From Dicyema japonicum (Eukaryota; Animalia; Dicyemida), in contig RDEW01000008.1 of assembly GCA_011109175.1 (NCBI GenBank), positions 1,600,513 to 1,664,512 on the forward strand: 64,000 nt of DNA, written 5' to 3'. Below are positions 13,838-25,619 of the stretch, piece after piece. The position numbers were made by a program, and so were the translations under genes. How positions within the stretch are numbered: the stretch's first letter is position 1; the number at the start of each line of letters is the position of its first letter. The notes under the pieces were generated by a model. It worked only from the letters and a program-made list of their open reading frames with translations, was not told the DNA's origin and did no database searches.

Positions 13838-14003
13838 GAAACCTTCAGCCAATGTAGATAGAAGGCGGAATGAAAACCAGGACCATTTTTATCAAAACCA
13901 TGCCCATCATTGTAGAAACCTTCGACCATCTAGCTAGTTAGGGGAATCCAAACCAGGTCCATTGTTGTAGAAACCTTCGACCAGGTAGCTAGCATAAGGA
14001 ATC
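13838..14003. repeat. ~55-bp tandem repeat (2-3 units) in the head of a family-2 retroposon
   Basis: tgtagaaaccttcgacca at 13911 and 13966; degenerate third unit at ~13838. Confidence 0.75.
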
Positions 14004-14873
14004 AAAATTTAAAATATACTTATTTAGTCTACGAGTGGTGCCCATGACAATAAATGACATTAAAATCATCTTTTCAAAATTATTTGATCGATTAATCATC
14101 GATCATAAATAATGTAAATTTGGACAGCAAAAGTTACCAAAATACGCACAATACCACTAAACTGAAAAAATCAAGAAAAGTTAAATTCAAAATTGATTTA
14201 TTCCCTTTTTATAAACGAATAACTACACAGACCTGTCATTTCACCCACTCCACTCTTTGTTCATTCAAATAATGGCCATACACCTCAGCATACTGTCGTC
14301 AGCTCCAACAAACGATAAAATACTGATGTTAATTCCTTTTGCAGAGTACTAGCTTCTTGCATGTAATCGTCTAGCACGTCCTATAGGATCTCCTTAGACA
14401 CACATGAGTAATATTCAATTCAAAAATCATGGATGATCAATTCAAGAGACATTACCCTAAGAAATCCTCCAAATCACAATATAGGTAATTTTAAGAAAAT
14501 ATGGTAGTAGAAGTGACAAACTCGTTTACTTAAATATCTTTAGTCATTAATGCTAATTATAGAAGCACGACTCAAGATGATGCAAATTCAATCTTAATTG
14601 CTCTTGAAAGGAAATAAGCCATAAAGCATACATTAAGTCAATTAGCTAGACAATAACTCAAACATAGACGAGAAGAATGAGCAGAGATGGTACCCGAACC
14701 ATAAATACCACAAATCCATACTACCCCACCCCCCGCAGATTAATCTTCAATTAATGGCTCTTTAAAGCTGCCATATAAAGAACAATCGATACAACAAGCC
14801 AGATAACAGGAGCGATAATTATAATATAAAAATTTTATTATAAGACATATAAATATACTCATCGTCGGCTTCT

Positions 14874-15539
14874 TCAGGCAAAAATCCCATGTGAGGGTTC
14901 GTTGTCCTCAAAGTCTTCGTAACATTCGAGGAATCCATTAAAACGCCTTTTCTGAGGATTCGGGGACCTCGGAGAAATGTTAGGGAGGGAATTAAAGGAG
15001 TAGCTACTATCAGTGGTATTATTCGTAATGTCTAAGATCCCACTGACCCTTTGATTTGACATCCTGCCCTTCAAACCGAGCACTTTTGAATCAGAGAAAA
15101 CATCTTGTTTATTTTCTTCATCAAGCGTAAAATTGAAAAAGCTTCCACCTTTACCAACAAACTCTCCCAAATGGATAAAAACGGATTCCTCCTTTTTGTC
15201 ATCCCTTTGACAAGAAGTAGTTGTTTCTTTGATCGGATGCCCATTGATCTGGCATTTGAGGTCATTGGAAAATTTGTCATCAACTCGATGTTTGTCGAAA
15301 CATCCGATTTTGTGCATTATCCGTAATCTTTCAAGTTCTATTCCTTCTGGGTTTTCATTAAAGGTTTTCTTCCTCCATTTCCAACCCAAAATTTTATCAA
15401 TCCGATCACACCGTAAGTTGGGTCTGAGAGCAGGGATTGGTTTGATTGGATCCGGGTCAAGCTTAACAGGTTTAGTCCGAATGAACAGAAACTGCTGACA
15501 ATCGCTCATCAAGTATGGGGTTACGCGTTGTTTCGGCAT
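14874..15539 (-). CDS. Hypothetical 221-aa protein or exon (weak chromo-like RIDKILGWKW segment)
   Basis: Longest non-TE ORF in the region; no family recognised; flanks look like degraded coding sequence. Confidence 0.35.
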   Translation of the reverse strand: MPKQRVTPYLMSDCQQFLFIRTKPVKLDPDPIKPIPALRPNLRCDRIDKILGWKWRKKTFNENPEGIELERLRIMHKIGCFDKHRVDDKFSNDLKCQINGHPIKETTTSCQRDDKKEESVFIHLGEFVGKGGSFFNFTLDEENKQDVFSDSKVLGLKGRMSNQRVSGILDITNNTTDSSYSFNSLPNISPRSPNPQKRRFNGFLECYEDFEDNEPSHGIFA

Positions 15540-16619
15540 TTAAACGATGTAATCAATACGTAGCGCGTCTCGTAATTGTCTTGCAGAATCATTAACGGTG
15601 TTTATCAGTGCTTTTACAAACGGACTATATTACTAACTCTCATTAACAAAATTATTGGATCAGAACGACGGACTGAGTGGCTAATTAAGATATCTACAAA
15701 ACCTTTTGATAAACCCAAACCTTACTATTTGTCTCTGTTGTCAATTTAAGGGGCATTTTGGATCCGTAATTACTCAGGGATTAAATTTAAGCAACAAAAT
15801 CTACAATATAAGCGAAAAATAGACATGACGTTCCAAATATAATCCTTCTTTATCAAAGCAGTTTTATCATTGAAATCGATTATTCAATTAAACTATGACT
15901 AAATTTGGCGAGATAAGTTTGATCGTAATCCTTAAGTGGTCCTCAATGTTGCGTAATCATCACTTTATGAAATTCTCTGAATCAGCCAATAAAACCCCAT
16001 TTGTTAACATTTCTATTGTTATGTTGATTGAATTTGATAAGTAATTATGAATAAATGAAAAACGATACTTTTTTTAGTAATTTCACTTGTACTTAAGCAG
16101 CTTAAGCAAACAGGAGACTTAGCATGCGGAAGGGAGAGGTTGACCTCATAAAATAGGCTCAAATTACTTAGACACTGCTAAACTCATTAAAAATGATCGC
16201 ATTAAATTTTCTAATAATAGACGAATAATAATCCCTAGTATATGCTTGTTCATATTCTCAATTAAATCAAAAGAAACGTAAAAATTGAGCTTCTCCCGAA
16301 ATTCCAACAGTTCTTGAGAGCTAATTATATCGATCTTTTTCAAGATTAAGTTTTTTAACAACAAAAATGATGATTGACTCTTCGAATTAGCTTATTTGAC
16401 TCAATTTATCACTAAAAGTAGAAAAAAGACCTATTGTACGAGATGGCTACTTCACTCGGCAATATATGAAAGCGCATGTCTTCCTTCGTCTCATGGGCAT
16501 GGGCGAGGTGGATTCATAAGACATCAGAAACCCAAAGTTCTAAACAAAGGGACTGTTTGATGTAATAAGTATCTAGATTTGAGTTCATGTGTCCGAAGAT
16601 GCACACATAAGACGGTAGT

Positions 16620-18600
16620 TAAAATAAATTATTAACCCCAGTTTCGCTAACCGGCAAATAACTTGTCTTTAAGAAAGGCCCTCCCAGAGATCCATTACTT
16701 TCACGCCCTGGTAGTCCATGGCAAGCAAAGAGATTCTGAACTACTCTCCCTACCAGAGACGCATGATGTAAACGAGAAAGTCCACTTTGACGGCTCTTAG
16801 AAGAAGCAGTCCTGAAGCGCTAATCTCAGGAGGTCTGCGTTCCAGTATCTTATTCTCTCTGATGGTTCGTATGGCACTCGTAGACAGAAAATCATGCATA
16901 CTTTTATTCCAGGTTTGGTCTTTCGCCGGAGGTGAGATTTTCCTTAGTGTTTTTGGAAATAAGTGAATGTTCTAAATATTTTCCCGCGTTAGTGGATTCA
17001 AGTAATCGGAAGATTGAGTGGTTTGGGTCAAGTGATTGTCTGAGATATTGTTAATTCTTCATTTCAAGGTGGTCACCCAAAGAGGGGAGAGTGATAGAAA
17101 TGAAACTCAACTTGGGGAGGTATAATTCAGTGTCGTCCTGATGAATTGCCTGTACAGGAACTTTAGACACTCCTTTTGTTGGCCATTAGAGTTACCAGAA
17201 GATATTTGATTTTCACTTTGCTGCAGTGCAAAGTTGTTCAATGTGCTTATTAAAAGTGGAATGATGTGACATACATGACTTGGAGGATTTTAGAATATCT
17301 AACCACTGGAGAAGTTCGTTGTTGAGGTAGATATTAGGACAGTGGTTGAATTGACTCCGATCTGTTGTAAATAGTGTTATTGATGGTTTCGAATTGGATA
17401 GATACATCCAGTTTGTGATCATCAAGTCGGAAAATAAATTCAAATGTGTTTTGACATAATGAGGGCAATTAAATGTTTTTATCCTTTGATGCAATTATTA
17501 GGTCATCGGCGTGTCATAGAAGGACCGCTGAGGTAGATATAAATATTGAAAGTGAAAGAACAGATCTCTGAGGAACATCGCTGAGGAGGTGGCGAAAATG
17601 GACATATGAGAAGTTCGACCCAATCTTCCGGAAAGGAAATTTTTGAGCCAGGACAGCCAAATTTGAGGAATATTTGATTAACTGATCTTATTTGAGGCTT
17701 TTGCCGAATCGATTGAATCCAGAAAAGTTCTTTCGAGGTGTTTGGCATTTTTAAAACACCGACAATAAACTGCGTCAAAGTGGAGAGATGAGAGGTTGTC
17801 GAGTGAAGGGGACGAAAGCTATGTTGTGATTTGGATACATGAGTGGCTCGAAATCTCGTTCAAGACTATTCTTTCTAAAATCTTCGTTACAACTGAGGAA
17901 AAGAAATAGGTCTGTAAGAGGAAAAAAAGGTGGTTGTTTTTGAGTACGGGAATAATAATAGATTTCTTCCATAACATAGAGATGAAACATGAGTTGACCA
18001 TGGAGTTCGTTAGGTCTGAGATGTTTCAAGTGGAGGATAAATAGGCCATCGGAGCCTTTGGCAGGAGAGCTGCGCGCATTTTGGATCAAGTTATAAATTG
18101 TTGTCCCAAAATCATTGGGTTAAAGAGAGATTCTCTTAGTCAACAAAGTTATCAAAAGGGAAGTCTAAAGGGTTGTTCTATGTCAAACACGGAAACGCGA
18201 AGCGTCCTGAACAAAGTAGTTTTTCATGGCCATGTTCGCTGGGCTCCCCGGGTTCAGACGAAGACAAGTTCTTTTCTTTTCCAGGTACTAGAGAGCCCCT
18301 GATATTGAACGTCAAGAAGGAGTAGTCTAATAATTGAATTCTACGTTTTCCAGACATAGTGTTCAAGAGCCACGTCACCAGCTCAACCAAAATCTTCTCG
18401 TATCTCGGGTGGATTTTGAGCTATTTGATAAAAGTGTCGTAGAAGAGGCTGGTTGATAGGTTGGCCATCGTCACGAATTTTCGTTTTTGTTCAAGTAGAA
18501 GTGCTTCAAGAGTCGTAGACTAGGAATTAAGGTTCATGACTCTGTTGATGGTTTTAAGGATTTTGGTCAACTTGTGCATGGAAGAACATGAAATGACCAT
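16620..18600 (-). mobile_element. Highly decayed Ingi/Jockey-like RT element
   Basis: SSPAKGSDGLFILHLKHL, WKKSIIIPVLK, SITLFTTD fragments. Confidence 0.6.
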
Positions 18601-18709
18601 TGTCAACGATGAACTTGCGTGCGTAAATCAATATTGGTTGACAAATTGGAGGTATATGAATGTGAGGAAACAAAAGTTGTTAAAATTTTTATAAAAAGAA
18701 TTGAATTTC

Positions 18710-19050
18710 CGGCTCTGAAGCACGAAGCCATCAACGAGGTTGTGAAGCGCTCTCTTCAGGCGGCTGAATTCCCGTCGTCACTGGTACCGGTGGGCCTGGA
18801 TCGTGGAGATGGAAAGCGCCCATACGGGATAACTGTCTTCCCTTCTCTAGGAGGGAAATGCTTGATTTGGAATGGGTCATGTACCACACCTTGTCCCAGT
18901 CGAGATTTGCTGGTTCTGAGTCGAAAGCTGGGAAGGCTGCTCAGACTCGAGAATTTCAAGATAAAAAATACGACAGCCTCTCCACAAGATTCCATGTACA
19001 ACCCTTGTTATCGAGACGAGTGGAGTCTCTGGTCCCAAGATGAAATTTCT
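18710..19050 (+). mobile_element. CRE-like RLE fragment
   Basis: KHEAINEVVKRSL...PVGLDRGDGKRPYGITVFP. Confidence 0.75.
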
Positions 19051-20289
19051 TAACTAACAACACTTCTCTGTTGGAGTCGTCGATACGAATGAATGACTGC
19101 GGATTCTTCCATTTCTGTTAGGAACCAGGTAATCCACTATATTTTTCCATATTACGTTCTGAAGAGGAACATGCCTTTCTTAGACATCCATCCTTCATAC
19201 ACTTCTTGGAAGCGATGGAATCCTTTGATGCGCACATGACGAAATGGTAAAGAGACCCGTATCGCCCAATTACTTCGGTTACTATTACCTTCAATTTCTT
19301 TGTTTTCTTGTGTTTTGTAAATATATAAATAACTAGCGAAAATGTCTTTAAATCTCTTGACTTCAAAAAATTCTTAAATGCTCTATTTGTCTCATAGTGA
19401 AAAAAAGCTGCCAAAGTTGAAATTTCAGTTTAAATTAAGTTCCTATGGTTTAATATTAAACCAAGACACTTTAAACTTAAAAAGTTGACAAAAATGGAGT
19501 AAATAACATTAAAACAAAATAATGGTAAAAAATCATTGTACTGCACAATAAATTCGTTTTGATAGACTCTTCTGCGGCTCAACAAGAATATAAACTCGAC
19601 CATAACATGGATTTGAAATAAAAATGATCATTCATACTTTATACTTAAAATGACTCAAATTAAAGAAGAATTAGTTTAAGATTGTTTTAGTGCATAAAGT
19701 CTCAAAAACCTATTCAATAAATTGATTAGCCGATATTTTAATCGTTCAGTAATTGAATTATGTCAGACTTTGAAAGTGCATTTCTTATATTTTAATCAAT
19801 TTTCGAACCAACGAACTTTATGGAGCATTCAGTTTTAATGCCTCCTCCAGTTGATCTCCGTTGCTATCGTGAAAGACAACGTTTTGCAAATATGTCGACG
19901 GGGACCATTGACTAATTAGTAATTAAATATTGTTTACCTATAAATTATAAATTATATTTTTGTTTTATTTAAAAATCGGATGTTCATTATATTTTTGGTT
20001 GAACAGTGACGTGCGTTTGACACTGTCCACAGAAAAACATTGTTGGACGTTGCTGGAGTTTTCTTGATGAGGATAACACAAGACTTGTCCGTTTCCTATT
20101 ATCAAACACTGAATTAACTGTACGAGTTGGAAACACAACATCGAAGCCTTTCGGGACAACAGTTGGAATACCTCAGGGGGATTTTCCGGTCTATACGTCG
20201 TATACCTGGAAGCGGCATTGATACCTCTTAGAACAAAATGTGAAGGATGCTGAACATATAAGAATCACAAGGGAATTAAAATATATTGA

Positions 20290-21220
20290 TGAAAATTACA
20301 ACTCGGGTACATGGGGGGTCACAGAGCTAAAGCTAAAAAATGGATATATTTCATCGAAAACAATTACGCAATTTAATGGGCCTAGGTTGGCCCAGGAAGA
20401 TTTCAAATAAGAAATTATACTTTGTGGCACAATCGAGACCAATAAGCATCGACATTATTGAATCAAGATGGAGACTGTTTAGGCACGTGCTTCGAATGGA
20501 CTTAATGCCCCTGCAAATAGAATAATGGACAATTACTTTAACAATGAGAACAAACCATCGTTCAGAGGAAGACCCAGAGTCACTCTACCGTGCCTCTGAA
20601 CAAGGATCTTAATGGAATTGGAAGAAAACTTAAGAAGACCTAGAAGATCTACTGACAGATACGCAAAACAGAGGGCGATGGAGACGCCTAGTGAAGCAGA
20701 TTTTGAAACGTGTGGCACAAACGGGACCTTAGTTAATATAACGTTCTTTGGTTTTGTGAAAGTGCTTTTAATAATTTAATAATAGTGACGTGACTCCAAA
20801 CACGGAATTCATGGGCTAGAATTCTCCCTCTTACGTTCAATATCAGAGGGCTCCTGAAGGCAAGATGAAGACTACTTGGATATATACTTCGTCTTGACCT
20901 GAGGACTCCCTCATACGTGGCTATGAAGAATTACACTGTTCTGGACAATCCGCGTTACAATCGTCGACCGAGGGCGACCCTACCGACAGTCCTTGATGAA
21001 GACCATTTGAACACAACAAGGCGACTCAATATCTCCAATGCTAATCATATCATAAAAAATACTGAGAGATTTGAGAAATATATGCAAGACTGACAAGATA
21101 ACTAAAGTTGCATATGCTGACGATATGGATTTCATCTCACACAATAAGTTGCCACTCGAAGAGTTACTCAGCATATCACATTTCACAGTCGAAAAATGTT
21201 TTTAAAAAGTTAATACGGAA
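20290..21220 (+). mobile_element. RTE C-terminus with tail (20290-20785) and a separate RT core fragment (20990-21220)
   Basis: FHRKQLRNLMGLGWPRKISN...RWRLFRHVLRM, RGRPR, tail ..gtgaaagtgctttt aataat; QGDSISP...AYADDMDF. Confidence 0.7.
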
Positions 21221-21479
21221 AAAAGTCATTATTCCCTTCAACGTCATTATAGATCATCGAGGTGTTCTTTGACACAAACTTGTCACTGCTATAAAATGTT
21301 AGTTTAGTTTTATTGTGGTCTTTTAAATTTTTCATTTCACAACGACACCATGTTTAAGAATAACAAATTTTTGTCTCGTAATGATCAATATTGTACTTCG
21401 CTTTATGGATTGTTATTTCTTTTCAATAGCAAGTAAGTTAAATAAGTAAGTTATTTACAAAGAAACTGTAAATTAAGTG

Positions 21480-22360
21480 ATGGGAAGAATATGAAACGAT
21501 AGGGCATGTCAACTGACTTCTACCCCGACAGTCTCCCCAAAAAATCCGTAAATACAGGGTCATCTCTGAAGATATGTGCAGATACTTTAGTGCGATTTTT
21601 GAAATCTCGAATAAGATTTTCGATAGTTCTGCCAACCTTGCACATTTTTCCTTCGAACCATAGGGAATTGGCATACGAGGACTTATCCCGTAAGCTAACT
21701 TTAGAGCAAAATTTCGCGTTTTCTCAAATTTCTAGAGGATAGAGTCTCTTTTTTTTTAATCGTACCATCTTTCTAAACCGTATAACATTGCAGGTAGTAT
21801 TGCAGTGTTGAAGACATAAACAAAGGTCTCCAGCTCGAGCTTTAATTTTCTAACGCAGTAAAAAGAGTTCGTAGCTTTTTTCTTTCGTATTTTAGCATGT
21901 TCCATAAAATTACCTCCTTGTCAATTAGGAGGTCAAGGTATTTCATAATCTCTTCCAAGGTATGTCTTGTAACAAGCTCTTTAGTTAGCCATCCTCCTGC
22001 CTCCAGTTATCCTCAGCATACCAGACTTCTCATGTGCCACCGAAAGGAAGTTTTCATTACACCACTCTTCGATCTGGTTATGTACGTCTTCAATCGTTTT
22101 AGTGTATCATTACGTTCTATATTTTCAGAAAGTCTGTTGAATACAATACTTTCCATAACTCTTGAGATCGTTGGTATAAGGCTTATGAGCCTATAACTGG
22201 TTGTTAAGTACCCAGGTTTCCCAGATTTACATATCATCTTGACCTCCGTCAATTTCTAATGCGAAGGTATATTACCCAAAGGCAAAACTCTATTTTAAGA
22301 ACTAAGTACAGTAATGCTAGTTAACCCGAGGCATTCTATGCAAAACGAAAATGTCGGATA
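21480..22360 (-). mobile_element. Jockey/CR1-group RT fragment
   Basis: KSGKPGYLTTSYRLISLIPTISRVMESIV; shares its 3' part with 4920-5320. Confidence 0.65.
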
Positions 22361-22499
22361 GATTTTAAGTGTTTCTTTACAAAGTACTTGGTAATATATG
22401 CATTACAGTTTTCTAAAAATAGCTATGACCGAGGTAAATCTAATTGACCATTCAAACTTTATTTAACCAACATAAATTTATTCTTTTATTTAACACTGT

Positions 22500-23230
22500 C
22501 ATCCATCCAAAGTAGACCCCGCTGACATTATCGACGTTGCGTTGCCTCTCACGATTGCAACAGAGATCAACTAGAGAAGACACCGGGTCTCACGTGTGTC
22601 GTGGCTTTTTAGTGTAGCTAAGCGTCCAAGTTTCTTTAGGAAAAGAAGCGATTTTCCATTTATTCCTCCAGTTGTCTCGACCACAATCGGATGAAACGCG
22701 AATCGGTCGCGTAGCGCTTCGTATTTCTTCTCCTTTGCTCTCATCGTTTTTTCCGCGGCATACAGTGTGTCTACCGCGCTCCCGACAATGTTGGACGGGC
22801 AAAGCGTGTCGACACAAGTAGCGTCCCAGACCAAAGGTTTCCCTTCTTCAAATAGGAAAATTGTGATTCCGTCAGGACGTTTTCCGTCTTTTCTGTCCAG
22901 GCCAACAGGTTCTAATATGGCTGGGTATCCAGCAGACTCCAGGGCTCGTTAAAAATTCCGTCATGGGAATCGTCTTGCACTTCTTCAACAAGAGAAGGGA
23001 TTGTGTCCATAACAATCGACGGTGGCGCCACACCGGCATTTGTGAGTCCTGCAAATCTCCAGCCCAAGTCTGGTGGAGATGCCGATGCGGACAGTATCGT
23101 CGTCAAGGTAGGTCCCGATACTACCAACGAGGAGTGCATTGATCCATGTGCCACTCGATTCGCATCTTTCAATGACTAGACAGGCATGTCTATGTTGGTT
23201 TGATTGGTTTAGAAGCCTTCAATATTTATT
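22500..23230 (-). mobile_element. CRE-like RLE fragment with 3' end
   Basis: VWDATCVDTLCPS...KEKKY...FHPIVVETTG. Confidence 0.78.
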
Positions 23231-23349
23231 CTCGCATTAAATAAAGAAAACCCAAGTCGACCGGTCGTCGAGTTTGTCCACCATTTTTTTGACGCTGATG
23301 CTTCGAGGATTCGTCCTCATCAAACAAGACAAAATTTTTAGTTCTACGA

Positions 23350-24340
23350 GCAATAATGTCTTCTCAACAGCTGATTGTCGAGATGACTAAGAAAATTGAA
23401 CAACGGAAATCACATTTTGTTTTTATTGAAAAGTTTTTTACGAGGACTCTTTTTACTGACGAGAAGTCTATGGTGTGTCATGCTTTATCGCTAGTTGGAT
23501 ACAAAAAGAAACAACCTGGAGAAAGGGCCAGAATTACATCTCTTTTCAAGGTAAGATTAAAGTTATGGAGAAAAAAATGTCGACATTTGAATCGAGGAGG
23601 AAATTTCGTATGGACGATCAAATGTTTGAAATGAATAGAAGGTCCTTTTACAGGAATTCGCATTCAGGACAAAATAATATTAATACTTCAATTAATAATG
23701 GAAAATGCGCAGATTTTCGGGAAGAATTATGGAAAAGGAGGAGTCTAAATTCGTAAAATTTTAATATCGGAAAAAGAAAGACTGGGGTGTTGAAAATGTT
23801 TCTGTTGAATTCTCGAAAAATGTGTTTGAACAGACGAGTCAAATTTTGCCGAATTGGAAGGCCCAGGTTGCGATGAGGTCTACAACTTTTTCCATAAGAA
23901 ATTTATTTCGCTGCATGAATTTATCTACACCGAAATGCTTAGGATTCTAAAAGGAGAGTACGTCTCTGGAAACTAGCTTTTTACTGAAATTACATACTTT
24001 ATCCCAGAATTTGAAGTGCCACAGTCGTCAAATGACCTACGCCCTATTACATTCATGTCGTCACTAAATAAACTTATGACAAAGTGTATCAATGCCAAGT
24101 TAGCGGATTATGTGGAAGCGTTTGGCTTTCTTCCTGAAAACCAGATGGGAACGAGGAAGAGATGTCAGGGAGCTAAAGAACAGGCACTAGTTAATAAATC
24201 ACTTAATAAAGTAAATGGAGGTGGATTATATGCTGCATGGATTGACGTCAAAAAAGCATTTGACTCGATTGACCGCAACTTTTTAATGGAAGTCCTTGAA
24301 AAATCCGGAATCTCTGAATATAAAACTTATTTCATGTAAT
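23350..24340 (+). mobile_element. R4/Dong-like RT fragment
   Basis: LPNWKA.GCDEVYNFF, LRPITFMS, ENQMGTRKRCQGAKEQAL, AWIDVKKAFDSI. Confidence 0.7.
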
Positions 24341-24599
24341 GTTTGTATTACTCATCTCAGAATATGCCTAACTCACATTTTATTTAAGAAGTAAAAAAAG
24401 AGTTATGATAATTAATCCAAAACATTGGAGATGTTCTTAACTTCTTGTTCTTTTTTTTGACTACGTGTGAGTCCCTTAGAGAATCCGGTATCGCAGCGAT
24501 GAATCAAGATGACGACATCAATCGTCAATGCAGAAAATTAATATCATCAAATAATTATCGCATTATTCGATTTATAAGAAATTTAATATTTAAAATTTT

Positions 24600-25611
24600 T
24601 TTTCATTAAAACGAACTTGGTTGGAAACAATGTAAGCTTCCCTCTGGATTTGGGGGTGTCGGAATGAGATCGGCGCTGGAGGTTGCGTACCCGGCATACC
24701 TATCGTCTCTCTCAAGCTGCAGCCATTTGACACGGCAAGTCCTTCATAACAAAATTGGACTTCGCTGGAATGAGTCATTTGACGAAGCTTGTCGAAAATG
24801 GAACGAGTCCGGACTCAAAATCCCCGAAGACACAACGAAGCAAAGTAATTGGGATGACATTGTCTGCTCCAAAATTTTGGAAGACCTCAAAAAAGAAGCA
24901 AATCAACATCGTCTGGCTAGTTTGGTGTCAGCTTCAAGTAGAGGGAGTGGAGCATGGCTTGGTGCAATACCTTGCCCAAACCTCGGGACCTTTTTGGACG
25001 ACGATTCTTTGAGGATTGGAATCGGACAAAGGCTGGGACTAGACGTTTGCCAGGAGCACCGATGCCGATGCGGGAAAACAGTCGATGCGAAAGGATTGCA
25101 CCCGCTGTCCTGCAGAAGAAGCGCCGGAAGGGAACCACGTCATGCTGCTCTGAATGATGTGATCGTCAGAGCTCTGAAGGTTTCAGGCTTCCCAGCACAG
25201 CTTGAACCAGTGGGTCTTGATCGAGGAGATGGGAAGAGACCTGACGGGATGACCCTTTTCCCCTTCACGTCTGGAAGATCTTTGGTCTGGGACGCAACTT
25301 GCATAGACACGTTCTCAAGCACGAACATTTTTAAATCGGTTCAGACACCTGGAGCAGCTGCTTCGACTGCGGAAAACCTAAAAATCAAGAAATATTTTTG
25401 CCTCGGGGATCGCTACCGATTCACTCCTGTTGCGACCGAATCATCGGGAGCCGTTGGTCCAATGACGGCTGAATTCTTGCAAGAACTCGGAGGATTGCTT
25501 GCCAGAAAGAAAAGGGATCAACGAGAAGGGTTATGGCTAAGACAAAAGATAGGAATAGCCATACTCCGAGGGAACTCGTTCGCAATCCACGCAGCAAGCT
25601 TCCTCAACTGA
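24600..25611 (+). mobile_element. 5'-truncated CRE-like non-LTR retrotransposon (CCHC finger + restriction-like endonuclease)
   Basis: [28 protein letters not shown]...WDATC...AE..K.KKY, LRQKIGIAILRGN in an open 315-aa frame. Confidence 0.85.
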
Positions 25612-25619
25612 CATTTGTT

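Noticed and set aside
13838-14003. CRISPR-like repeat-spacer array
   Set aside because: The intervening segments are homologous to each other, the context is eukaryotic, and there are no cas genes.
15700-16020. TGA=Trp or other alternative nuclear code suggested by in-frame TGA
   Set aside because: TAA stops occur in the same frames, and conserved Trp residues in NCKX and EEA1 use TGG.
19930-20250. piggyBac C-terminal Cys-rich relic (MFFCGQCQTH)
   Set aside because: Too degraded to support as a feature.
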